From Utricularia gibba (lineage: Eukaryota > Plantae > Magnoliophyta): DNA of 64,000 nucleotides. The notes under the pieces are model-generated. The model ran no database searches. It had not been told where the DNA came from and saw only the letters and a list, made by a program, of their open reading frames with translations. Made by a program: the position numbers and the translations under genes. Below are positions 12,101 to 28,241 of the stretch, one piece after another. The first letter of the stretch is position 1, and every line of letters starts with the position of its first letter. The stretch is taken from NCBI GenBank assembly GCA_002189035.1, contig CM007991.1, forward strand, positions 4,588,001-4,652,000, in the 5' to 3' direction.

Positions 12101-14045
12101 TGGTTTCATAGCTCTTCTCCAATATATTAATATATGATGGAAAACAAGCTACATCCAGCAAATCTTCGAAGTAAACCAAGCCATCTGCACAACCATGAAA
12201 ACAAACATAAAAAAAAAAACACAAATAGCAGAAGAATGCAGAGTGATCTCCTAAGAATATCTCATAATAACACTTGGACCTGTTACTATGTTATTCAAGT
12301 TCTCAGGCATGTGATCAGAAGCATGGCGGGACTCCTTTTTCAGAATATCACCTAACAAGGCGTTTGCCTTTTCCAATGTTTTTCTTAGCTCATCTTCGGA
12401 TGTGTCATACATATTGCAAAGGGATGCAACAAGGTTGGCCTTCTCACCTTTCATTACTGAAATAACAGTGGAAGAGTCTGTCAGATATTTACAGCCATAA
12501 CACAAGAAGTCAAATAATGGAGAATGCATTTGATGCGATTCACACAATGCATTACCAATGTGCTCACAATCCTTCAAATCGAAGTTTCTGAATTTAGCTG
12601 GAGCATGGATTAGAAGTATTGCCTGCGGAGATGTACACAAAAAGATTTAGGTGACCACATAAATAAATTGTTTTTCTGCTTTTAATATATGTGAGTTTCA
12701 ACGTGCATATATACTGTTAATCCATACACATGCTCCTCAGGTGACATATGGGCAGCAGATGAAACGAAAAAGGGTCAGCAATAAGCCCTACTAACCAGAA
12801 CAGAAACTAGACCATGGGTGCATGTTACTAGGTCCTTGCAAAGGTGGAACACATGTTCACGCAGTGCCAAAAAAAGCAACCATCCAAAACGGTAACAATC
12901 TGGTCTGGAGCAAGAAGTATCGACTGCTTTTAAATCCTTTTCATTGCAAGGATCGGAATCCAAGAACAGTTCTTTATATGCACGCTTGTACTTCCTGCAA
13001 AGGGAAGTCAACAAGAATCCATATAAAACGACAAATAGGGAAAAAAAAGATAGCATCTACTTACCTGCTCAAAAGAATCATGTGCGCGAAGTTGGTTTGT
13101 GATTCAGTTGCCTGATTGGACATTGAGAAAAGAAAAATGGACTAGACAGTGCATCCAAATTACAATCTCACAAAAAAAAAAAAACAAATACCTTGAGTTT
13201 TCTCTCCCAATTCCCGCCATAAAGATTGCTTAGAATTGAGCCAACCTTGATGAGAAACTGGCCAAGTTCTTTGTAAAAATCAGTTAAGCTGCATACAGGG
13301 AAAACAAAATCCTTGGTTATCATTGATCAGCACGTTATCAGAGAAGTTAAATGATATGCGAAAACCGCATACTTTAGCTTTGCTTCTTTCAAGATCTGGC
13401 ATAAATTAAGGCCTTTCTGGCCGGGGCGATCACTCCCATTGAGCCTTCTCACGACAAACAGGATAAACGTAAACCAATACCTTTCAACTTCAACAGGCTG
13501 ATGAGACAATAAATAAAAAATAAACCGCTCACCAGGGGCAAAATTAACCAAAATAAAAAAGGAAATGTACCGTCGCCAAGAGAAAAAGGTAGAAGCAGCG
13601 TAAAAGACGCTTACCGTTCCAGTTCCAGAAGCAGATGGATTGGCAGCCAGGATACCCTTTATTTCCCTAAACAGCTTCATTGTCTGCTCCCACATATCGC
13701 TGTCGTCCAACGAAAGATCCTTCTTATGATGAAAAACACCAGAAGCATATCAATCAATTAAATTTCCGCCACGAAGATGTAGAAGGAGGGCTGTATTCAT
13801 GACCAACATACCGACTAAACAAGAAACACAACGCAGTGGAAGAGCAAGGTTCAAATTTCGCACTTCCCTATAAATGCATGTAAATAAAAGACGCCGAGAA
13901 CGAGACACTTCATGTTCTGAAACTGAGAAACAACAAAGCGAATCCAAATAGAGACCTTGCAAAAAGAAACGAATCGAGCTTCCAACGAGTTTCCACCTCC
14001 ATCTCCTGCAAGATGTGCATTTGGAGCCTCCTCGATTTCCTCCAT
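9117..14045 (-). CDS. RBR1: Retinoblastoma-related protein; 18 exons inferred, reading frame intact
   Basis: Pocket A: [11 protein letters not shown]...[19 protein letters not shown]...[47 protein letters not shown]. Pocket B: [47 protein letters not shown]-terminus: [18 protein letters not shown]...[25 protein letters not shown] at 14045, TGA at 9119-9117. Confidence 0.97.
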
Positions 14046-14367
14046 GCCTCTCAGATCTCTGATCCACTCAAACTGTCAGATCACACACAGAAATAAAAAT
14101 AGATTTAAGAAAGCTCAGGATTTTGACGGGAAAGCAAAAAGCTAACAGAACCCAGCTCAGAAACTCACTAGAGAGGAAATTTCAGACCTCAGTGTGAGAA
14201 TCACCCAAAGTCGAATCCCTCTCACTCTCACACCAGCTGATACGTCTTCTCCTTATCCCGATGTAAGAAAGAGAAAATCACTGGGTTCGTTTTATTTTTA
14301 TTTTATCCTCTGAGTCTTGTCGCCTAGGCCTTCTAAACGGAAGCAATAAAACCCCTTCAGCTCTGGT

Positions 14368-14506
14368 CGCGCGGGAAGCCCACCACCATGACATGATCCC
14401 CTCATCCACATGCCATCTATCATACATGGCATACATACATGCGCGACCAATCGCAGCTCGACGCGTGTCTCTTTTCCCGCCACAATCCCTGATCTCCGCG
14501 CCAAAA
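14368..14506. promoter_or_regulatory. Three E2F consensus sites in the RBR / MLRQ-like divergent promoter
   Basis: CGCGCGGGAA at 14368-14377, TTTTCCCGCC at 14472-14481 and CGCGCCAAAA at 14497-14506 (TTTTGGCGCG on the minus strand). All fit the E2F consensus TT(T)SSCGS. Confidence 0.7.
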
Positions 14507-14849
14507 TAAAAGATTCCCGGAACATCTCTCTGCATATTACGTTACTACCCCTACCGAATGCCACAAAACAAGTCAATTACCCTAGTACCCTCCCCTCTGT
14601 CTTCGTGGTGGATATCAATCGGCCTTCGGAACATCGGCAACATCCGCCGATTTTCTCTGCCGAATTTCCGTTTCGCAACAACCACGCGCCACCGTTCATG
14701 GATATTATATGTAAACGATCGCATGGTCGAGTGTTCTTGTATGTGCTGCTTCACAATTGTGATGATTTCAGCAATGGCGTTCAATGCTCTGGTTTTCTTC
14801 GTTGTCTTTTTTTTTTCAAATAAAAACCAATTGTAGAACCTAACTCAGC

Positions 14850-15411
14850 ATGTTGCTTTCCCGTCAGAGAAGTTGCAGGTCGGAAACGCTGGCAAGCCGA
14901 AGATTAGCCTCGTACACGCTTCCGAAACTGACACATTCCTCATCCACGGTGAATGAGCAGCCCGAACAGATCGGGATGATTAAGAGGATATATGCAGTGT
15001 ACGGACCGGTGTGGTCGGTGATCGGAATCATAGGAGGAATGGTATCCTTGGCCGGATGTATCGCACTCCACTCGGGGAAACAGCAGCTCCTACATTCGCC
15101 ATCGGTGCAGGTGTCGAAAAAGCGACGGAAGTGCCTACCGGAGGTAGACTTCGCCGATGAGGTAGTCAGATCTGCTGATAAATTCGAGAGCAAGTCTTTT
15201 CTCAGGAAGATCGCTCACATTCAGGATGATAAGCAAGTCCACAAGGATCCAAGTAGCCCCATCCCGTTCACGCGGTATCCCTTTCTGTATTCCGAATTTG
15301 CATTCCATGTTCGAGCATTTGAATCGTTGCATACTCGTTCTGTGTTGATGATGAATTGGTCGCAGTTCCCGGGAAGTGGAGACGTTTAGGTCTGGGGCAA
15401 TCAGGGATTGA
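14850..15411 (+). CDS. Small B12D / NADH-ubiquinone reductase MLRQ-subunit-like single-pass protein, probably mitochondrial; exons 14850-15274, 15366-15411 (156 aa)
   Basis: Arg/Ser-rich N-terminus, one hydrophobic helix (PVWSVIGIIGGMVSLAGCIAL), then KQQLLHSPSVQVSKKRR.CLPEV...ADKFESKSFLRKIAHIQD, which I recall from a plant family with MLRQ/B12D similarity. Splicing GT(15275)-AG(15365) restores the family-like ending FTRSREVETFRSGAIRD*. Confidence 0.7.
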
Positions 15412-16869
15412 GCATCAGGTGATGACGCAAGGAAAGAGAATCACAGTTCCACGGTGATGATGATGACTGATGGGTACTTGTTTTTACGTTGATTGTTGTT
15501 TAGAACATATGATATAATTTATGACGAGATGTACTGAATTCGCTGTTTATTGGTTTACCCCACATTTATTGGATTAATAAAAGACAATTTCATGGGATCG
15601 TTTAGAAATGTACCCACTGTCATACCATTTATGTGTGAAAAAACTAACCATTTTTATTTTTTTTTATTTTTATTCATTTCAATAATGAAAATTATTGTTT
15701 TTTCAATTCTTTATCAATATAAAAATAATGACTTATAATATTTAACAAAATTATATTTATAAAATATGTATATAAATGAATAAAATAGATATATTAATTG
15801 AAAATTGAAAACAATAATATGTCCTCAAAAGAAAAACGAAAAATGGATTTTCACCAAATAGATTGTATAATATTTTTCTTCTAAAATGATATTATGTATT
15901 GAATCTTTACAGGTAATTCATATCTAATGTTATTTTTTATTTCAAATTTGTATTATGCATTTGATACTTAATTCTTATTTCCATCTAATGCATTTTTTTA
16001 TTTTAAATTTATCTTATATATCATATAATTATTTGGAATATTTTGAATGGATTTTTTTATTTTAAATGTATATTATACATCATTTATTTGTATAAAATAA
16101 CTAACACAATAAAAATTGATATATGTATAATTGATATTTTGATTTTGTATTAATATTTATAGAATGAATGTAAATTAATTAAAAATTCAATATTTTAATT
16201 AATTATTTTAAGATATAATTTTTTTGAATTAATTTAATTTTATAAAAACATATCATTTGTATACAATTGGAATAAAACTTTTAATTTAAGAATTTTAAAA
16301 AAATAGAATAATACCAATTAAGCTATATAAATACATATTAAAATAACAATCAGACACGTATTAAGGTTGATCTATGTCCTCGTCATAAACATTGACAATC
16401 ATATCTGTGTTATATAATAATTGAAATGTTAGTAGCTTAAATGGTATTTTTATGTTTTTTAACTCATACTTTTAAGCTTTGATTCCAATTTTATACAAAT
16501 AGTATGTTTTTATAAAATTGAAATTAATTCAAAAATAAAATCAAAGATTAAAATAATTAATTCAAATATTGAAAGTTAAATTCATTTTAATTAATTTTAA
16601 TTTGTGTATGAATAAAAATATTAATTCGAAATATAAATTAGATATATACATATATAAGTTTATATTTATATTATGAAAAATATGATATCCATAAATTAAT
16701 ATTATTTAATACATAAAAATAAAAAAAATATTTTTATATCAAATAAGACTATATATCAATAAAGTTTTTACATAAACCTATTTAATTAATTAACTTCATC
16801 AACTTTATTATTATTTAGTTTTTCGAAATTCATAAAAAAAAAGTTATAACAATTTCAGTAATACAATAC

Positions 16870-18250
16870 CTTTTATTTTTTTCGACGAAAAATATTAAAT
16901 AAATTATTAAACATCGAATCACGACGACCTGTGGGTTGACGAGATGTTCCGATGTCATTTGATTGAAATTTTGCCACTTTCTACATATGCATATACTATT
17001 CTTTACTCGTAATAGAAAAATCTTTCCCTCTTGTCCTTGTTTACGTCGAGTTGCCACCCGAACAACCATATTTGCTTGTTCATATATCTCCACACATGCA
17101 TGTGGTATTGTATGATTCCAATGTTTATACAACTTAGATAGATTTTTGGCGAATTGCAGTCTTTGATAATGTTGTTGTAAGGCCTTAGATAATTGATTTG
17201 TGAAATAATTCTTGCACCTTGTGAATGCTGCCTACATTTTCATAAGAAAAACATTAGATATAATAGTACAAGATTATACCAAATATATAGTTACTAATAC
17301 TTATGTCAATTCAGTTATTGAAAGGTGTCATGCCCCACGTTGTACGCCTTTCATACCTTTGATTTGATTCATTGTCATGGTTCCAAATCTAAGTATGGTT
17401 GAGAATGTTAAATTTTTTAATGAAAATAATAGAATAATTAGAGTATCTTACCTTTTTCCTCCATCGTGTGACAACGTCTATGATTTTGGAGGGAATTGGG
17501 ATAAATAATGCCAAGCACTGATGTGAAAATCTCAGATTTGATCCATATAGAAGTTGAATTTCTCGATATTACATTTGCAGCCTTTGTGAAATTAGGCACG
17601 TTGGTCTATCCTGAACAGCGTACTTACCGAGTAGTTGGAGAAACTATCTCTATGAGTCATCTGAAAGAAAGAGAGGAGTTTTGAAGTGTAAACTCTTGTA
17701 AGAAAAAGGGGAGTTTTGGCACAGAACTCTCACAATTACCGAACACATCAGTGAAAACTCATCTTAAACCATACCAGGCTCATGATATGGAATCGTATAA
17801 TTCGTTGCCTCATTGATTGCAATTACAATTGTGTTTATTTTAGTGTCAATATCTCTTTCCACGAACGGTCTTGCTATGTTGCCGATATACCTAACTCTAA
17901 TATTTCGATAATCAAAATATCTTGCACAATCCTGATTATGCCTTTTATAGTAGGCACTATGAATCCTCTAATGACATCTTTGTTCTCTACATTGTTTGCA
18001 ACGTAAATCCAAAATATTAGGCTCTAAATCATTAACATAGAACTCTTTACCGATTTTGATCGAATACTCCAGCACTGCGCTACAAAGGGCCTCCTTATTT
18101 TCGAAAAAATGACCTCTAGCAATTGGGTATTCAATTTCATCCAATTCTGAAAAATCATCCTTATCCTCTTCATCTTCGTCAAAATCTGGATCATAATCTG
18201 GATCCTATTCTTCTTCATTACCAACATTAGGATCGTAATCTGGATCAATG
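16870..18250 (-). mobile_element. Degenerate Mutator (MuDR) transposase relic
   Basis: Minus strand reads an acidic DPDYDP...DEDEED tract, then RGHFFENKEALCSAVLEYSIKIGKEFYV...LRCKQCREQRCH*RIHSA (MuDR N-terminal domain), and later a SWIM-like CICRKWQ. Contains stops and frameshifts. Confidence 0.7.
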
Positions 18251-19773
18251 TTCACATATGTATCGGTATCCGTATCATTTGAAAAAAATTTCTTGTTAGA
18301 TTTCAATAATAATGAAATACAATGATTATTAATTACCTGAATTTGAACAGAATTCCAATCTAATTTCTTCTTCTCTAATTTGATAATTTCTTATCTCATC
18401 GTAATCAATACCAATTGAGTAGTCGTAAAATTGTGAATCTACATAATTGTGCATCGGATACTCTTTATCTATGCCAAACCAATCAGTATTTTGAAGATTT
18501 TTCATTTCTGAATCCGTATTTTTTTTAAATTACACAAATCGATATTAATCATGCATTTGCATTCAGCTAAAAAAACTTACCTCGATAAAATGAGCCACCC
18601 TCATATTTTGAATGTTGTGGATTGAACTCATACGAAGCATTTTGTGGGTTGTATCCGTATGGAGAATTTTGTGAATTGAACTCATAAGGGTTGTTATTCG
18701 AGCTTGAAAAGTTCACCATCGGAAATTTGATTAGAATGTTTGTTGCAATAATTTGCATGCACCATCCTTTTGTAATATGATATAAATATCTAGATATGTT
18801 TATTTATAACCATATAATGATAATATCTAAATATACTAATCTACAACCACATAATAATAAAATCTACATATATTAATTTATAATCACATAATAATAATAT
18901 CTAAATATACTAAATATATGTTTTGACAGTGGGTATAATTCTAATTAACTCAAATTTCATTTCAACTTTTGTCTGAAATCTTTATAAAAGATATCCTACG
19001 AAAAAATGAGCATGAATGGTAATATTTTTTAAAAAAATAAAAAATTATGAAGTATTTTGGGAAGGTCAATGATGTGAATGTCTTGATAATATGGATGTAA
19101 GTGTGCCTAATCAATAAAAATTTATTTGATAAATTGATTATTGCTATTTGGATTTATTATTAAATATAATTCATATGCATATTTGTTATAGTTGCAATTA
19201 AATGATTTGTATACAATATTATATAAATACTCTTAATTTTTTCAAATATATTGTGTAAAATCTATTGATTCGCCTTTACAATCTCTAATTTTACATATAA
19301 ATATGCAGTTCGACAACATTAATCTCCAATCCAACATTTATTTGTTGTGTATATGTATTTCATTTTATGATTTGTGTGATATAACATGTGGTTTATCTTG
19401 TAAATTTGTAGTAGAATTTTGTTATTGTAATTTATTGTGGATTTAGATGACATAATTGATTTATGATATCTTCCATTAAATATATTGTTATTTATAAAAT
19501 AATTTATATATAATTTAATAAAATATTTTTTTTTTCTATGTATTTTTTTTATGAACTAATTTCAAAATTCAAAAAAATGAGTAGTGACTATTCAATTTAA
19601 ATTAAAAGTCAGAACTCAAGATGTTTTTTTCTAATAAGATTTACAGTCATTAAAATAATTAAATATATAAATAAAGAAATAATGTAATCACACATCGAAC
19701 ATAAAACTTTATCCAAGTGTGTTATATATAACGTAATTTATAATTACACAAATTGAAAATATAATATACATTG

Positions 19774-20406
19774 TGATGTGACCCTCTAATCTATAGAGAT
19801 TATCAATCCACGAATAAGAGTTGATTTTGAAGTTTAGGAAGAAACCCACCTAAGTCTACCCTTAAGAGAATAAATCTCTTGCAATCAGACTTTGATACAA
19901 AGAAAATTAGGAGCCACACTTCAAAAAAGAGAAGGGGTTGGAAGTGATAATCCTAAGACGCCACAAGTTCAAAACTTGATAAATCAAGAGTGTTCAATCA
20001 CTCAAAGAAGAGGAGAATCCTCACAACATACATGAAATGAACTAAATTCCTCAAAAACTACATTTTTAGAGTATTTATACTTTAGAATTGGACTCCAACA
20101 TTACAAAACCCAAACTAAATAAGAAAGGAAAGCCTACAAGTCTAATAACACCCATGAAAGATGGGGTGATATTTTGGGCTTTAAGTTAGGTTGAAACTCC
20201 AATAGTTGAACTTCTTTGAGGGTAATGCTTCAGGCCCAATGTTGATTCCAATTGTATTGATTAGAACCTTGAGATTTGCTTTTAGCATCTTACTCTTACT
20301 TCTTGTAATTGGTCTTGGTGGAATGATCTTTGTTTATAATGTGTTCAGTTTGTCAAACTTCTCATCATTCTTTAAATACACTTTATTATATTCTTGAGGC
20401 TCATCA
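19774..20406 (-). mobile_element. Solo LTR of a CRM-clade Ty3/gypsy element, 633 bp, TSD CATTG
   Basis: TG...CA termini with a perfect 5-bp TSD CATTG at 19769-19773 and 20407-20411. Homologous end-to-end to the LTR at 61753-62356; I counted about 16 mismatches in the first 129 nt. Confidence 0.93.
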
Positions 20407-23403
20407 CATTGTATATACATATATAATAATTAACCAAATTTAGCAAACAAATTATATTACTATGCATACATCCATATGACTCAGAAAAATTTGATTGATT
20501 ATCGAAACTCTATTGGCTTACTTCTTCCCTTGAAATAAAGAAAAATATAATTATAATTTTAAGTTTTAAAACATGTCAAAATCATAAAATATAGTAAAAA
20601 ATATAAAAATTTATAAAAAAAAAACTTAAAATACATTATGAATCCCCATAAATATTTTTTCCCACTTCTCATGATTATCCAACTTTGACATTGGTATTAA
20701 ACCTTGATATATGAGATATAAGTTATCCTTACCTATGGATTTATGATCAAGAGAGCTAACTTCAACTATAGAATACATAGTAATGGTGGATGATATATGC
20801 TTGATATATTAGCTATAGTGATCGTGGTATATCACATTGCTAAAGATATAACGCATAGAAATACAGTTTCAATGAGTTATAAAAACAAATGATTCTGACT
20901 TTCAATTTTTATCCAAAATCCACAAAACGTATATCATCTTAAAGTAACAGAGGTGGTTATTCTTAAAAAAAAGATAACCATTTGAAAATCAATTTAAATA
21001 ATAAAGATATGCACATTTCTTTGGAATTCAAAGACAATTTTGTAAATAAAGCAGATTCTAACAGATTCGATGGAATCATCAATTCACTTTCCTATTAGAA
21101 TTTTAGTGCGAAGTAAAAATGTTCACAAAGTAGGTACATAAACCTACAACTTTCATACTAAGAAAATATTCAAAATCATAGCTAATAGAACTAAAATCAA
21201 GTACTAATATCATATAGTCACATAAATTGTAAAAAAACTAGTTTTAAAGTTGATATGACTCTCCAATCAACAAGTGATTAACAAACTAGATCTTGGTTCA
21301 AAAGAAGCAATCCTTCAAGAAAAAGAAGTTGACCCTCAAGGATTAAAAATCCCTATAACCCAAATTTTGAAATGGTACCATACTCGTAGAATTAAGGAAG
21401 AAATTGGAAGTGATAAACCACATACTAGTCACCACAAATAGGGCTTGATAAGTCTAAATTTCTACAAGAATTCAAAAAAGAAGCATTGTTCTCAACTAGT
21501 CATTACAATCCAATTTGTTATAAATAAAAGTAAGACCCTTCTTATATAGATGAAGGATTGCGACTACTCAAAAGAAAAGTAATAATAATATACTTGGAAG
21601 TGATGTGCCTCCTCTACTCAATATGGTTCATTTTGAGAATGTCGAATTTTATGCCAAAGACCTCATGGCTTTGTTGATTGGCCCATAACCCCATAAGCAG
21701 ATCTTGATTCATTCTTGTTCTTAATTTAGTGATTGACCCAAATGAAATCAATAGAAAATTATTGATCTTCTGTATTTTATCTTCATTATAATCATCTGTA
21801 GCATTCATGATCTCATCAAAAGTCAATTAAGTATTAAATGCAATCATTCTACTTTACCTTAACTTCTTAGACTCCAAACCATTTATAAATTACTTTTATT
21901 CACTTTAGACATTCTAATCTAAAAGGTCCAAAGTTAGATAAGTGATGTAGTGGTTAATAAAGAAGGTAAACTTCCACAAATTAGTTATCTAACAATAATC
22001 GAATCAATAGAACAATTCCACTAATGAAAGAACACCAAATACACAAATTTGTATTGAAAGAGCAGCATATCAACAAAAGGTTTTAATAAGTACTCAATAC
22101 AATACAAGACAAGATTAAATCCATGAGACTACAAGTTGTTCTATGACTCTTATAAATGAAACATAAACGAAAAGATTTGAGATTGTTGGTGCTCCCCCAC
22201 CCCCAAAGCACTAGAACTCAATTACAAAAAAAAAAACAATTGTTTGCTTACTCCTTGCAAGAGGTTGGGTTTTTTAAACCACATCAATAAGCCATAAACT
22301 TAATACTTTGACTAGAAAAAATAATTATACTATTCTTTCTTCCACTTTTCTAAATCAAATTCCCTTACTCATCTTTACAAAATTGGGAAATAAGTGAAAA
22401 AAAAACTCTAAATTTCATCATATAAATGCCTTTTTACACTTCTCCCTTATCTTGCATGCAATATTAATATGTGCCACATCTCGTGGTTATACTTAAATAC
22501 ATATGATTGATTGGTATTTAAAATTTGAATACTTCATATTAGTCTTTAATTTCTCCAGAATATGAGCATTAACATTTAAGACTTGAATACAAGATGTTAC
22601 ATATCGGAAAGAATGTGAATATAGTACAACACTTTTCTCCTAATTCACCAATCTTGTATCCTAATAATTAGTTAATATAAAATAGAACAAGTTAAAAATT
22701 GAAAAGTAAAATCCTTAAAATTTGAATCCTCACAAATAATCAATTCCATGAGTAGTTAAAATAATATTTGAGGGTTTATTGTAAATTTCGAGTATAATAT
22801 GTGAGTAGTTAGTACGATATCTGATGATTTTCTTGAAAGTTTATCCTTTTATCACAAAATTGAGATGTAATTGTTATCATAACATGAAGAAAAATAACAA
22901 ATTGTAAACATGAATATATAAATCTATGAAATTATCAAATATTTGATAAACTCAATTCTTTAATACTCTTTTAGGATAACTTGTATAATACTGTAATTTG
23001 ATACATTTAAATATAAGCTAACATGTGGGTAGGATGTGCATTGACAAAAGTTATTTACTTCAATAAAATCTTCATTCATTCTTTTCTCCATCAAATGGAT
23101 TCTCTTGATTTGCTTCAACATTCTAAACATATATATTACATGAGTTTGAAAAATATCAAATTTTATTCTTAGAATTCAAGTACTATTTTTATTTTTAGAA
23201 TAAAATTTCAGAATATGTTTAATTTTTATTGTCCATCAAAATTCTCCTTTGGCATTATTTGAGTGAATTATTAACATGTATATTTTCCAAGGAAGTCTTG
23301 ATATATTTTTGATAAGTATAGAAATTAATTGTTAAGGATATATTAATAGTTTAAGTATGGTATCCATATAATTTAAAAATTCTGCCAAATGAGTTGTGTT
23401 GCA

Positions 23404-23598
23404 AAACCCTAATTTTACCAATTAATACTTTAAACCCACTAGCAACCGTTTTGCAAAATCAAACGCGGACTTGATTGTACTGTATAGAACAGCGACGTTG
23501 TCCAGTTCATACATCCAGAATTGGCCCAACTCAACGAGACTAGAACGCAGGGCCTCGAGGCCCAGAAGAACTCATCTTTTGGCGGGAATATTTCCCGC
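23404..23598. promoter_or_regulatory. MCM2 proximal promoter: telo-box and palindromic E2F site cluster
   Basis: AAACCCTAA at 23404-23412. TTTTGGCGGGAA at 23577-23588 is two overlapping E2F sites on opposite strands, followed by TTTCCCGC at 23591-23598, 61 bp before the ATG. Confidence 0.8.
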
Positions 23599-23659
23599 TA
23601 AGCTAACGGCTGGGAAGCGTATACACTGAAAGCCCTAGACTGAGCGCTGATAAGGGAAA

Positions 23660-28018
<4,359 letters not shown>

Positions 28019-28241
28019 CCCCTCCGCTGCCATTGAAGGATTGAAAACTGCAGACTTGTTTGTGCCCAACCATCATACACAATTGCAGCGCATTATATGT
28101 ATTGTGCTTTTTTTACTCCACAATTGCCTAACACTTTACGCATTGGTTCCTGGGCGATATATATAAATTACATGAAGATCGGTTTCGTCGCCGCGGAAAT
28201 ACCGAAGTTCTAACTGGGAAAACAAATCAACTGTTACCGCA

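Noticed and set aside
14850-15389. The 179-aa single-exon ORF as given in the track
   Set aside because: The last ~38 residues are read-through of a GT-AG intron; the spliced 156-aa form has the family-like ending.
15600-18945. Short inverted match TACCCACTGTCA (~15610) / TGACAGTGGGTA (~18927) as possible TIRs of the MuDR relic
   Set aside because: Only about 12-24 bp match and no 9-bp TSD found, so element boundaries are not claimed.
21250-22050. Faint LRR-receptor-kinase-like fragments on the minus strand (LEGQL, TFDEIMNATDDY)
   Set aside because: The motifs are too short, interrupted, and in an order inconsistent with one gene; a tblastn would be needed.
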